DNA from: Eledone cirrhosa
Lineage: Eukaryota
Direction of reading: 5' to 3'
Assembly (NCBI GenBank): GCA_964016885.1
Contig: OZ024742.1
Coordinates: forward strand, 46,748,001 to 46,812,000
Length of the DNA stretch: 64,000 bases
Positions 26,490 through 40,174 of the stretch are shown piece by piece. The translations under genes were made by a program, and so were the position numbers. Each line of letters starts with the position of its first letter. Position 1 is the first letter of the stretch. Under the pieces are notes generated by a model, which saw nothing but the letters and a program-made list of their open reading frames with translations, ran no database searches and had not been told where the DNA came from.

Positions 26490-29400
26490 TTACACAATGT
26501 ACATATGAATTGTAGAATTAGTTTGTATTTACACAATGTACAGATCAGTTGTGCCGTTTGTCTGTAGTAACACAATGTACACAGGAGTTGTACCGTTTGT
26601 TTGTAGTAACACAGTGTACACCACAACTGAACAGCTTGTTTGTAGTAACACAGTGTACACCACAACTGAACAGCTTGTCTGTAGTAACACAATGTACACT
26701 TCAACTGTACAGCTTGTCTGTAGTAACACAATGTACACTTCAACTGTACAGCTTGTCTGTAGTAACACAATGTACACTTCAACTGTACGGCTTGTCTGTA
26801 GTAACACAATGTACACTTCAACTGTACAGCTTGTCTGTAGTAACACAATGTACACTTCAACTGTACAGCTTGTCTGTAGTAACACAATGTACACTTCAAC
26901 TGTACAGCTTGTCTGTAGTAACACAATGTACACCACAACTGAACAGCTTGTCTGTAGTAGCACAATGTATACCTGAGCTGTACAACTTGTCTGTAGTAAC
27001 ACAATGTACACTTCAACTCTACAGCTTGTCTGTAGTAACACAATGTACACCTCAACTCTACAGCTTGTCTGTAGTAACACAATGTACACTTCAACTGTAC
27101 AGCTTGTCTGTAGTAACACAATGTACACTTCAACTGTACAGCTTCTCTGTAGTAACACAATGTACACTTCAACTGTACAGCTTGTCTGTAGTAACACAAT
27201 GTACACCTCAACTCTACAGCTTGTCTGTAGTAGCACAATGTACACTTCAACTGTACAGCTTCTCTGTAGTAACACAATGTACACTTCAACTGTACAGCTT
27301 GTCTGTAGTAACACAATGTACACTTCAACTGTACAACTTGTCTGTAGTAACACAATGTACACTTCAACTGTACAGCTTGTCTGTAGTAACACAATGTACA
27401 CTTCAACTGTACAGCTTGTCTGTAGTAACACAATGTACACTTCAACTGTACAGCTTGTCTGTAGTAACACAATGTACACTTCAACTGTACAACTTGTCTG
27501 TAGTAACACAATGTACACTTCAACTGTACAGCTTGTCTGTAGTAACACAATGTACACTTCAACTGTACAGCTTGTCTGTAGTAACACAATGTACACCTCA
27601 ACTCTACAGCTTGTCTGTAGTAGCACAATGTACACTTCAACTGTACAGCTTGTCTGTAGTAACACAATGTACACTTCAACTGTACAGCTTGTCTGTAGTA
27701 ACACAATGTACACTTCAACTGTACAGCTTGTCTGTAGTAACACAATGTACACTTCAACTGTACAGCTTGTCTGTAGTAACACAATGTACACCTCAACTGT
27801 ACAGCTTGTCTGTAGCAACACAATGTACACTTCAACTGTACAGCTTGTCTGTAGTAACACAATGTACACTTCAACTGTACAGCTTGTCTGTAGTAACACA
27901 ATGTACACCTCAACTGTACAGCTTGTCTGTAGCAACACAATGTACACTTCAACTGTACAGCTTGTCTGTAGTAACACAATGTACACTTCAACTGTACAGC
28001 TTGTCTGTAGTAACACAATGTACACCTCAACTCTACAGCTTGTCTGTAGTAACACAATGTACACTTCAACTGTACAACTTGTCTGTAGTAACACAATGTA
28101 CACTTCAACTGTACAGCTTGTCTGTAGTAACACAATGTACGCTTCAACTGTACAGCTTGTCTGTAGTAACACAATGTACACTTCAACTGTACAGCTTGTC
28201 TGTAGTAACACAATGTACACTTCAACTGTACAGCTTGTCTGTAGTAACACAATGTACACTTCAACTGTACAGCTTGTCTGTAGTAACACAATGTACACTT
28301 CAACTGTACAGCTTGTCTGTAGTAACACAATGTACACTTCAACTGTACAGCTTGTCTGTAGTAACACAATGTACACTTCAACTGTACAGCTTGTCTGTAG
28401 TAACACAATGTACACCACAACTGAACAGCTTGTCTGTAGTAGCACAATGTATACCTGAGCTGTACAACTTGTCTGTAGTAACACAATGTACACTTCAACT
28501 CTACAGCTTGTCTGTAGTAACACAATGTACACCTCAACTCTACAGCTTGTCTGTAGTAACACAATGTACACTTCAACTGTACAGCTTGTCTGTAGTAACA
28601 CAATGTACACTTCAACTGTACAGCTTCTCTGTAATAACACAATGTACACTTCAACTGTACAGCTTGTCTGTAGTAACACAATGTACACCTCAACTCTACA
28701 GCTTGTCTGTAGTAGCACAATGTACACTTCAACTGTACAGCTTCTCTGTAGTAACACAATGTACACTTCAACTGTACAGCTTGTCTGTAGTAACACAATG
28801 TACACTTCAACTGTACAACTTGTCTGTAGTAACACAATGTACACTTCAACTGTACAGCTTGTCTGTAGTAACACAATGTACACTTCAACTGTACAGCTTG
28901 TCTGTAGTAACACAATGTACACTTCAACTGTACAGCTTGTCTGTAGTAACACAATGTACACTTCAACTGTACAACTTGTCTGTAGTAACACAATGTACAC
29001 TTCAACTGTACAGCTTGTCTGTAGTAACACAATGTACACTTCAACTGTACAGCTTGTCTGTAGTAACACAATGTACACCTCAACTCTACAGCTTGTCTGT
29101 AGTAGCACAATGTACACTTCAACTGTACAGCTTCTCTGTAGTAACACAATGTACACTTCAACTGTACAGCTTGTCTGTAGTAACACAATGTACACTTCAA
29201 CTGTACAACTTGTCTGTAGTAACACAATGTACACTTCAACTGTACAGCTTGTCTGTAGTAACACAATGTACACTTCAACTGTACAGCTTGTCTGTAGTAA
29301 CACAATGTACACTTCAACTGTACAGCTTGTCTGTAGTAACACAATGTACACTTCAACTGTACAACTTGTCTGTAGTAACACAATGTACACTTCAACTGTA

Positions 29401-30520
29401 CAGCTTGTCTGTAGTAACACAATGTACACTTCAACTGTACAGCTTGTCTGTAGTAACACAATGTACACCTCAACTCTACAGCTTGTCTGTAGTAGCACAA
29501 TGTACACTTCAACTGTACAGCTTGTCTGTAGTAACACAATGTACACTTCAACTGTACAGCTTGTCTGTAGTAACACAATGTACACTTCAACTGTACAGCT
29601 TGTCTGTAGTAACACAATGTACACTTCAACTGTACAGCTTGTCTGTAGTAACACAATGTACACCTCAACTGTACAGCTTGTCTGTAGCAACACAATGTAC
29701 ACTTCAACTGTACAGCTTGTCTGTAGTAACACAATGTACACTTCAACTGTACAGCTTGTCTGTAGTAACACAATGTACACCTCAACTCTACAGCTTGTCT
29801 GTAGTAACACAATGTACACCTCAACTCTACAGCTTGTCTGTAGTAACACAATGTACACCTCAACTCTACAGCTTGTCTGTAGTAACACAATGTACACCTC
29901 AACTCTACAGCTTGTCTGTAGTAACACAATGTACACTTCAACTGTACAGCTTGTCTGTAGTAACACAATGTACACTTTAACTGTACAGCTTGTCTGTAAT
30001 AACACAATGTACACCTCAACTCTACAGCTTGTCTGTAGTAACACAATGTACACTTCAACTGTACAGCTTGTCTCTAGTAACACAATGTACACCTCAACTC
30101 TACAGCTTGTCTGTAGTAACACAATGTACACTTCAACTGTACAGCTTGTCTGTAGTAGCACAGTGTATACCTGAGCTGTACAACTTGTCTGTAGTAACAC
30201 AATGTACACTTCAACTGTACAGCTTGTCTGTAGTAACACAATGTACACTTCAACTGTACAGCTTGTCTGTAGTAACACAATGTACACTTCAACTCTACAG
30301 CTTCTATGTAGTAACACAATGTACACTTCAACTGTACAGCTTGTCTGTAGTAACACAATGTACACTTCAACTGTACAGCTTGTCTGTAGTAACACAATGT
30401 ACACCTCAACTCTACAGCTTGTCTGTAGTAGCACAATGTATACCTGAGCTGTACAACTTGTCTGTAGTAACACAATGTACACCTCAACTCTACAGCTTGT
30501 CTGTAGTAACACAGTATACA
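26490..30520. repeat. 39-bp tandem array, ~103 units, with higher-order structure
   Basis: Consensus TGTACACTTCAACTGTACAGCTTGTCTGTAGTAACACAA; no frame-shifting indels; degenerate units at the left edge. Confidence 0.98.
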
Positions 30521-30789
30521 CAATATTTGATTTCTGCAACAATTTAAAGCAATGATAAATATGCTATGAACATTAAAACGTTATCTGTACAATTTGAAAT
30601 TTGAATGGTCAACAAATTCTGTCTGTCGTAAAAACTGAAATTTCAAGTGAACTCCCCACGTAGCTAGTCAAGCTATGAAATCCCTTATCACCCTGAATCT
30701 GCCAATTTCCGCAAGTCCCTTTTAATATTTGCTATAGCAAATTTGTCAACTTTAATTTTATATGTTAGCTTTGAGATATTACATTCCCG

Positions 30790-30995
30790 ACACTACAAAC
30801 CTCGTGTTAAAATGTCTAAACAAAGAATCGCTGGACAGGTTTTACGGGCAAAGCCAACCGACAGGAAACCCAGTGGTACACCACAAGCAAGATGGCTGGA
30901 TAACATCCATGTTCTCGGCTGGTCTTGTTTGGGCATCCAGCCGGATCAGTTGGAAATAGTTGCTTCTGACAGTTGGTTCCGAGGAGTCTGTCTCT
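30790..30995 (+). mobile_element. RTE-type LINE 3' fragment
   Basis: RVKMSKQRIAGQVLRAKPTDRKPSGTPQARWLDNI..VASD..W (RTE C-terminus pattern). Confidence 0.6.
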
Positions 30996-31794
30996 CTCCT
31001 CATTATATTCTATTAAGGGAACAAACATATTTTGAAGCAATTATTGACAATTTGTTGTATTTCTTAATCTAATATAATCATTATACATATTCAGTTTTCA
31101 TGTGGTAAATTCAACTCTCATTGATTGGTCTTTTATAATTTCAAACTCACATTATAGTTTGTTATGTAAAAGCAAGATTATATCATGTATTGACTTCAGT
31201 CAAATCTCCACTGACGTCTTAGTAAACATTCTTTAAACACCTGTTTCACCTGTAGCATATAATTCTGAAAACAAATCAGTTAAATGTTTCAAAGAATCAA
31301 GCAATTTAATTATAGTAGAAATTAATTTCAATATTCTTTAAAAATTATATTTACTGCTTTGCAAGTGTTTTAGCAATGATTTAAATTTGCGTATACATTT
31401 GCATATACATTTGGATATAAATTTCAATATATTCAAAATTATCAACATTTTAGATATTTTTCTTTTGTATATTTTATGCTACACAGGCGAGAATATATTC
31501 ATGATATTAGTAAGTACCAAACACTGAAATTATAGAGAATAAATCTGATATGATTTTGTGCAAATATTTGTGCAAATATTTGTGCAAATATTTCTGCCAG
31601 TAACTTGATAGAGAATACAAATGTCTACTATTATCTTAGCTATAATAATTTCTGCTAAATACAATGAAATGGATGCGAAATCTTAAACTTAACAGAACCT
31701 ATTAAATAAAAAATAAAAAAAAAAACGAAAATGTATTAGACAGAATTTCTATGGATTCCGTTAGATATTATTATTTTCTAAAGAAAATTTTGTC

Positions 31795-32240
31795 GGATTG
31801 GCAGTGACAGTTGAGCATCGCGCATCATGTTTTGCGGCATATAGTTACGCTCTTTTATGTTCTGAGTTCAAATCCCGTGGAAGTTAGCTTGCCTTTCATC
31901 CTTACGGGCTCGATAAAATAAAATATAAATAACCCACCGGGGGCGATTTATTGAACTTTATCCTTCCCTTAAAATTGCTGATATTGTGCCAAAAGTAGAA
32001 ACAACTATTTTCTAAAAACAAAAGGCTGGTGGATTGGCAGAAATATTAGAGTTTGAGAAAATCATTTGCTACTTTTAGTCACGGCTTTTTGTGTTCTGAA
32101 TTTAAATCACATCGAAACCAACTTTGCTTTCCATCATTCCAGTTTTGATAATATAAAATATCAGTCGCGTATTGGGTAAATGTAATCGACACCCCTCCTC
32201 CAAATTGTAGGCCCTGTGCCTAAATTAGATAAATATGTTT
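31795..32240 (+). mobile_element. Two tandem Meta-like SINEs
   Basis: Heads at ~31795 and ~32028, each with B-box, core and GTGCC tail. Confidence 0.8.
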
Positions 32241-33164
32241 CTAATCTTTAATTTAAACGCAGAAGCTTTAAATATATTGGTATGCCAAATAATAAAAAAT
32301 AAGAATCATCAAATAAAACTTAACCTTCGACTAAGGGAACCTATACATATTCGATTGAGCCAAATCAAAACCTACGGTCTTAAATAGATTTTTTAAAGGA
32401 AACGAGCAGAAATTTAATTCAAAATAAACTCTCAAAGTTGGTTTAAGAACCATTGATAATTACATAAATATGAAAAAGAAAGATAAAAACAAAATTAAGT
32501 AATGGGGAAAAAAGGGAAAGATTAAAGAAGCAAAGATCTGGCTGTATGGGAAAGTAGAGAAAAGGACTATAAATGTCATAAATGAGAAGAAAAGGAGAGG
32601 AAAAGCAAAGACTCTTGGGTCACTGATATAAAAAAATAAACAGTATGGTCACAGATCAGCCTCTGATCAGTTAACAAATCTAATGATTTTATCATACTTC
32701 CAAATGTTTTCTAGATTTCATATTAGAAAAACAAGAAATAATTAATAACTAAGAGATTTTATGTAAGACAGAAACATATATTCTATTGTTTAGTGAAATT
32801 ATATGAAATAAAGTATTAGGATTTCACAAAATGCCTAATCATAAATACTTTAAGCGTGCCGAGATCTAACTCTTTCGAGCTAATTCTGTCTGTGAAAATG
32901 CAAAGAGAAGTCTTCACGGAGAATAATTTAATCTATAAATGCTCTATTTGCAGTCTTAAAGAGCCGAAAGAGAAATTTATCACAAATATTTTTGCAAGTC
33001 TATTATGCTAGCAAATGGCGTGATCGCATGCTCTTAGTGATAAACGCAATTCCCTTGGAAATAATTGTATTTTCAATCCATATTAGGAGTTTTGTAAAGT
33101 GTGTAAAAAACCAGAGGGAGAGAGAGAAAATATTTTGTGTATATAGTGGTTGTGAGGAGATAAT

Positions 33165-33945
33165 ACTAATTTCTAATATATGCACAAGGCCAGCAAGTTT
33201 GTGGGATGCGCAAAGTTGAATAAATGAGGCCAAGTACTTGGTTGTTACTTTATTTTATCGACCCAAGAAGGACGCAAAGCAAATGTAAAAACCCAGAATA
33301 AATACCACAATGACATTTTATCCGATGCTCTACCAATTTTTCCAACCCACCAACATTTTCTGATAATGGTACTTTATTTTATCGACCCCGTAAGGATAAA
33401 TGGCATTGCTAACCTCAGCGGGATTTGAACGCAGAAGGTAAAGGGCCGCAACTCTATACCACAAAGCAAATTGTCCGATGATCTACTGATACTGCAAATC
33501 CACCGCCCTTTCTGAAGAGATAATAATTGTTTCTACTTTAGTTACAAATTCAGCAATTTGAAGGGAAAGTCGATTAAATCGACCCCAGTGGTTTACTGAT
33601 GTTTTATTTTATCGACCCCGTAATCATGAAAGGCAAAGCTAACCTCGGTGGGATTTGAACTCAGAGCGTAAAGGGCCGTAACTCTATGCCGCAATGCATA
33701 TTACCCAACGCTCTACTGATACTGTAAATCCACCGCCCTTTCTGAGGAGATAATAATTGTTTCTATTTTTGGCACAAGGCCTGCAATTACCCAGTCTATT
33801 ACTGGTACTTTATTTTATCGACCCCGTAAGGATGAAAGACAAAGTTAACCTCGGCGGGGTTTGAACTCAGAATGGTAAGGCCGTAACTCTATGCGTCAAA
33901 GCATGGCGTCCGACCTTCTACCGATACTGCCGTTCCACCGCCCAG
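33165..33945 (-). mobile_element. Four head-to-tail Meta-like SINEs
   Basis: TTTTATCGACCC core at ~33255, 33378, 33608 and 33814. Confidence 0.88.
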
Positions 33946-34308
33946 GAGATAATAATGAACCCCAAAAGTATTATCTAGTTGCATATCATACACTATATTA
34001 TAGTTGCATATCATACACTATATTAAACTTATTTCTTTACCTAAAATGTTCAATAAGTCTGAGCATATTCACACATAAAAAGTCAATATTCTAATTACAT
34101 ACTCGATATAGGTGATGTACCTGTGTTTTGACACAACATCGTTTTCAACTTAAAGCATGTATTAGTAAATAACGTATACGCTTTCATATATGCCTCCATT
34201 TTGAATCACATTGTGTTAGTGTTACTGTTAACACACACACAACACACACTCATACATATATACATAAATAGAGATACACCCCACCCTCCTCACACACATA
34301 CACAAGCG

Positions 34309-34351
<43 letters not shown>

Positions 34352-35418
34352 TACACATATGAATACAGAGATAGATTATTTCAGTATGTTTTCACGTATA
34401 CGGCCTATTTCATTAAGAAATCGTTAATCAGGCAAGTTTTCTCGCTAAATCACGTAACAGACATCTTGAAAAAAGGCAACAGTGTATTATGAGAGAATAT
34501 AATTTCATTAAAAAAATGTTATACTATTAGAGTTAAACTTTGATATCAGTCAGTCAAACTAATATATTTAGACTATGTAAATTCGTTCGAAAATTAGATT
34601 GGTTTCATGTTGATTTACAGAAAATATTGATGTTAGAACGATCATTACTTTTATGCATTGTTTATTTACAAAAGTGAAACTAATTATACATTTTCCTAAC
34701 GCATAATTCTATCATCCTTCAAGTCCTGCATGATAGATAAGAAATATTACATTTTAGTAATTTGGGGAAAATGTTATAAAATTGGTATAAGGTAAACTAT
34801 TTACATTAAAGCTATATAACTTTCCTGCAGACATATTTAGAATCTAGGTTAACGAGTTTAGTTTACAATGAGGTTATCTTGACTGATTCAATCGCAAACA
34901 ACTACTCATCAGTATATGTTAAATAAAACTTATCTCTAAGTGTACTGGGTTATATATAAACTAATAAGCGGTGTTGTGGGGGAAGTGATTTTAAGATGAC
35001 CAAACAGAATCTATACCTAGACAAAACGATATTTAGATATTTAGTATTGGTCAATATAGATTTATTAATTACGTTCTCGTGATTAGAGCGTTCTAAAATT
35101 GGTTGGCTTTTTCGCCTTTTCTTCACGCCACATTTTATACAAATTTCAATCAAATTTTACAATATTTGCAATAAGAATAAGAAAAAACAAATAATGTAAG
35201 TAGGGTAAAAACGGGAAGGGAGCGGCAGATTCTAGACCTCTACCTAGGTGGTATAAAGCTGCACCCAGTGGACAAAATGGTGAAAGCATTGCTGCAGAGA
35301 ATAGCCAGCCTTATTTGCTGCATCAGCCACATGTCCATGTATTTTTGTACATCGAAATCAAAACTCTCCATTCTTAATATTGAAAATGATATATATATAT
35401 ATATATATAAATATATAT

Positions 35419-35617
35419 AGGAAAAGAGTCAGGACCCTGAAGGCTGAGCTCCGGCCGTTTCGACAGCTAGATACGAACTGTTCGGATCTAACTGTCGAAA
35501 TGGCCGCAGCTCAGCCGTCGGGGTCCTGACTCTTTTACTCTTACCCACTCTACTACCCTAAGAAACGAGTAACTTGGTGCGTTATCGTCCATCTGGTTCC
35601 TTACTACACTTTCTTTG

Positions 35618-35618
<1 letters not shown>
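35419..35618. mobile_element. Fold-back insert, GAAACGGC family, in (TA)n
   Basis: Arms 35422-35475 / 35482-35536; right arm has an ~80-nt tail. Confidence 0.8.
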
Positions 35619-35690
<72 letters not shown>

Positions 35691-36107
35691 AGATTCACAT
35701 GTTACATACTTTTTTATTCTATTTTTTAATTAGTTTTATGGAAAAAGTCTATTGTAAGTTTTTATTTTTGTTTTGTACGTCTTAAGTTGTTCATCCCTCG
35801 GAAAATCGTTTCTGGGAAAGGTTCTGTAATGTTTACGGTTTGATGTATTTACAATGTTACACTACCGAACATTTCAATATCGTGTCAGCTATTATATGGA
35901 TAAGTTCTAGTTTGACTTTAGCTGTAATTGAAATCGTTTTAATATCTTGTCCCATCGTGTAGATAAAATAAATGTTTCTTTCGCTTGAAACTTTCAGTAT
36001 TCACTAGTTTGAGTATATTTCCATGTAAACAAACCATTGCATACGTCTTGCAATCTTTCAGAGTTTCTGTACTGTAAAACGATCTGCTTCAATTACTGAT
36101 AAACGAA

Positions 36108-36151
<44 letters not shown>

Positions 36152-36196
36152 TTCGTATATATATATATACATATACATATATATAATATGTATATA

Positions 36197-36253
<57 letters not shown>

Positions 36254-36292
36254 TTCGTATATATATATATACATATACATATATATAATATG

Positions 36293-36379
<87 letters not shown>

Positions 36380-36441
36380 ATATATAAATATATCATATAT
36401 ATATATACATATGTATATATATATTTATTTATGTATGTATG

Positions 36442-36475
<34 letters not shown>

Positions 36476-37398
36476 TACATGTATATTATATCCAGTAAAA
36501 AGTAATGATGCGTTGATATGAATCGCTCCAAGTGTAGCGTGAATAATTAGTGGAATATATAGGTCGGAACTCTACACAGTATCTCGTCGTTGTGAATGGT
36601 TTTACGGATGAGGAAAATCTATTTTGGATCAACTTCTCTTAGCTTAGAATAGTTATTCGTTATTTATTTTATGACTTCCGTGAAAACAATATATCCTTTA
36701 CCATCTAATATGGTCAACAGTTCTCTTCATATATAACAATAATATCTTTCTTTGTTAAAGACAAATAAATATTAGCTGAATCTCGGCAATTGTTATACTT
36801 TCCATAGTTCTGTTTATTGTCCATTCTTTATATAACACTCATTACAAACAACTGTTACACCATAGGGCATCATTATGTGGTGATCACTATCACAATCTTC
36901 ATTGTCATCGGAACTGTTTTTGTTGCTATTTTTTGCACTCTCCTTTTTTATTGTTATCATTATTTCTTGTCTGTTGTTCTTGCTATTGTGATGACATTTA
37001 TGTACAATTTTCATATTTGGAAAAGAAACTTGAATGTAAACTATATTTTCATTTTTTTCGTTGTGCTTACTGTTTCATATATGAAAAAAAAAACAGAAAT
37101 GCACATTGCAGTACATTTATGAAAGTTAAGAATAGCTCCATAAACAATCCTCCAAGTTTGATACTTTATGAAATTCGTTCATATCTTAAGTATTTCATTG
37201 GAAATTCTGCTGCAAACAATATTAAAAATATCATGAATGAGAAGGATTGAAATATGGCATTATCTACCACCATTTAACAATCTGTTTACTAAGACTTCAA
37301 TATAATACAAATCTATTCTGTATTGAAACAAATCTAAGTTGGGCCTCTACCAAGCATACAAAATAGAAGAAATATCTATGTCTCTCTCCCTTCCCCTC

Positions 37399-37430
<32 letters not shown>

Positions 37431-37432
37431 CA

Positions 37433-37536
<104 letters not shown>

Positions 37537-37542
37537 GCGTGC

Positions 37543-37588
<46 letters not shown>

Positions 37589-38768
37589 CTAGCAGATTTA
37601 CCCGGCGTTGCTCGGGGTTTGAAATTATGCTAAGAATATACAGCCAGGAAGTAAAAGTAGAACATTATTTGTCCCCAACCTGTCAAAATAAGCAGAAGTC
37701 TTCAATAATTAATACAAACGAATACTTAGTGCAATCTTTGTACACATAAAACTATGTTGATAATGAAGGAAAACACTGAAGAGGATGTAGTTATACAAAT
37801 GATTAAAGACGTTGCAAATCTGTAAAAAAAAACAGGTAGTTTTGCTAAAGTACAAAAAGTTGTAATGAAAGCAGAGTTGTATACAAACAAAAAAGCAATG
37901 AGAGTAGAATAAGAGAAAATCTATTCTTTGAGAGCATCCTTTGCTGTGTATGGTTACATTTTTAACTTATAATCCAAAATATCCTGCATGACATATTCAT
38001 TGGTATGTTTTGTAATGAGTAAGGTGAATTCAAGGCAGAGCTGTAATAAGTGGTTTTGTTAACACTAAAGCACTTCAGGATAGATGATATTCTTTGTTTT
38101 TCTTTTCGGAACAAACGCAAAGAGATTATCTCGACTGCCAACTCATGAGCAGGAAACGTAGAATTGTCCGTGCGAAAAGCAAGGTTCATCCAAGTTAATT
38201 CCAGTGACGGACAGATTTTGACCTTGCGACTTGTTTATGGACATCGCAAAGGCAACACGAAAGGGTTCGGCGAAAGGATAAGGGAGTATCCACGCCTGAT
38301 GTAGTCAGGCTAATTTTTGTTATTATCACATCCTCGCCTTTTCCACATCCGGATAGAATGGTAGCGTCAATACTAAGTGGAGACAGTTTTTTAACCACAA
38401 GGCGTGTACCATTGCATAGTTTTGGAGGAGTGATATTTCTCAGCAAAATAACTGGTGTTCCCTCTTTCAGAACCAATGTATTAGAAGGTAAACCAATTTC
38501 TGAAAAGTTGGTTATCTCCCTTTTTTATAAGGATTGTCAATAAAGTTTGTTATCTCCCTTACATCAATTTTTCTACCGATAATTTTGATATCGATTTTTT
38601 ATTGCTCAACGTGAGTCGATTTGAAAAATGTTTGTGATGTGACAATCTTAGCGACCTGTGCAACGTGCACAGAAAATTTCGTAAAATTCAGATGGTAATT
38701 GTGAAAGCCTTATGCATGAAAAGTTGTACACAGACACACACACATCCTCGCTTATATATATATAAAGA
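37589..38768 (-). mobile_element. Helitron deletion derivative with Pif1-like helicase fragment
   Basis: A|TC at 38768, hairpin plus CTAG|T at 37589; ORF 38195-38476 LKEGTPVILLRNITPPKLCNGTRL, then MSINKSQGQ after a frameshift. Confidence 0.9.
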
Positions 38769-38792
38769 TGTATATATGTGTATATACATACT

Positions 38793-38873
<81 letters not shown>

Positions 38874-39089
38874 TTGGATAAGAAAGTATCGTTTAAGGTA
38901 ATCCAGCTAGAGGTTTTAAGTACTCTGTGACGAGGATATACATAGGTACTAGTATTCTGATCATTTGATAGGGCATAGACTGTAATTAAGTAATTAAGGT
39001 CGAGTGATGTAACTTCTAACGATCTGCGGTTTTTAGACTCACCTGATTAAAGAAACAATTGTTAATATTGTATATATATCGATCACTTC

Positions 39090-39670
39090 ACCTATCTGGG
39101 CAGTATCCTAGCAAGCAATGGCGAAGCGGAGCTCGACATCAACTCTCAGATCGGCAAAGAGCCGCAGTTTTCCAGTGGAAGCACCCAGTCTGGTCGTCTT
39201 CATGCATAAGCACCGGGATCAAGCTGCGTCTGTGCAAGAGCATCGTGCTGCCGACAGTGATTTATGCAAGTGAAACCTGGAAGAGCACGACAGAGATAGA
39301 GAGACGGCTGAACCCTTTCCACCCGCAGCGCCTGTGAATGATCATTCATATGTACTGGCGCGACCGAGTTCGAAACGAGGAAACCCTGTGGAGTGCCGGG
39401 TCTTGGACGCTACAGAGGATGGTCAGGGAGGGCCGGTGCCACCTGGCTGGCCATATTCTGCGCCTGCCCAACGAACAACACAACAATAAACTGGACTCCA
39501 CCTAGCGGCAAACGGAGGCAGGGTTGCACAGGGTCACCTGGCGATGAACGTTACGAAAAGACCTGATGGCAGCCAACATCACTTAGCACGGACGGGAAAA
39601 AGGCACCGCTGATCGTGACCGTTGGCGACTACTTACTACTCGATGCGCAGAACGGCGTGGAAGAACCTAC
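39090..39670 (+). mobile_element. RTE-type LINE 3' fragment
   Basis: IKLRL..SIVLPTVIYASETW..RLNPFH, WRDRVRNEE, LAGHILRLP and ADRDRWR. Confidence 0.85.
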
Positions 39671-39917
39671 TACCCCAAAAGATCTAAAAAAAACAAACAA
39701 ATGAAAGGAACAATTTGACTTCTACCAAGTATGTAAAATAAAAATTATATATATAGTTTTTCTGACGGTCAGCGGGCTGTTACAAGTGGTCGGAATAATG
39801 ATGATGTCACTAACCAGTGACCAACCCAAGGACGCGCAAAGCGGATGAAGGTGGACGATATAGGCTTGTAGGGCCAGAAAACCCCCAGAAAGAGCATATT
39901 ATCCGAAATCAATAGAC

Positions 39918-40005
39918 GTGGCCGAGGAACCGGCGAGTCTAGAGTCCTGTAGATCCACACACGGATCGCACCTCGAGCTCTTCGCCGGGGAAACAATTGT
40001 AACAC
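39918..40005 (+). ncRNA. Degenerate hammerhead with extended stem II in a microsatellite-flanked insert (39755-40050)
   Basis: GUGG-CCGAGGA-A-CCGGCGA..UCGCCGG-G-GAAA-CAAUUG-UA-ACAC. Confidence 0.55.
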
Positions 40006-40047
40006 ACAATAAATTGAGTTCCGATGCATCACAGACTTTTCGTTTTC

Positions 40048-40134
<87 letters not shown>

Positions 40135-40141
40135 CATACAT

Positions 40142-40174
<33 letters not shown>

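Noticed and set aside
26480-30058. 1192-aa CxxC repeat ORF (KCTLCYYRQAVQL) as a metal-binding or zinc-finger protein
   Set aside because: One of four frames open by chance in a 39-bp unit; interrupted by a TAG at 30074; most recurrent variants are non-synonymous in it.
26600-30500. Poly-selenocysteine reading of the third minus frame (TGA per unit, TGT in some variants)
   Set aside because: The same position is also TCA, TCC and TAA in other units; no SECIS identified; single-base changes explain it.
26490-30520. CRISPR array
   Set aside because: Contiguous near-identical units with no unique spacers, no cas genes, eukaryotic context.
31556-31593. 12-bp unit repeated three times (TTGTGCAAATAT), and a 23-bp duplication at ~33977
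   Set aside because: Ordinary slippage duplications with no further structure.
38195-38476. Host Pif1 helicase exon
   Set aside because: Lies inside Helitron termini and is frameshifted.
39046-39066. CTGATTA-AA-GAAACAATTGTT hammerhead-like string
   Set aside because: G8 missing, no stem II and no stem I pairing.
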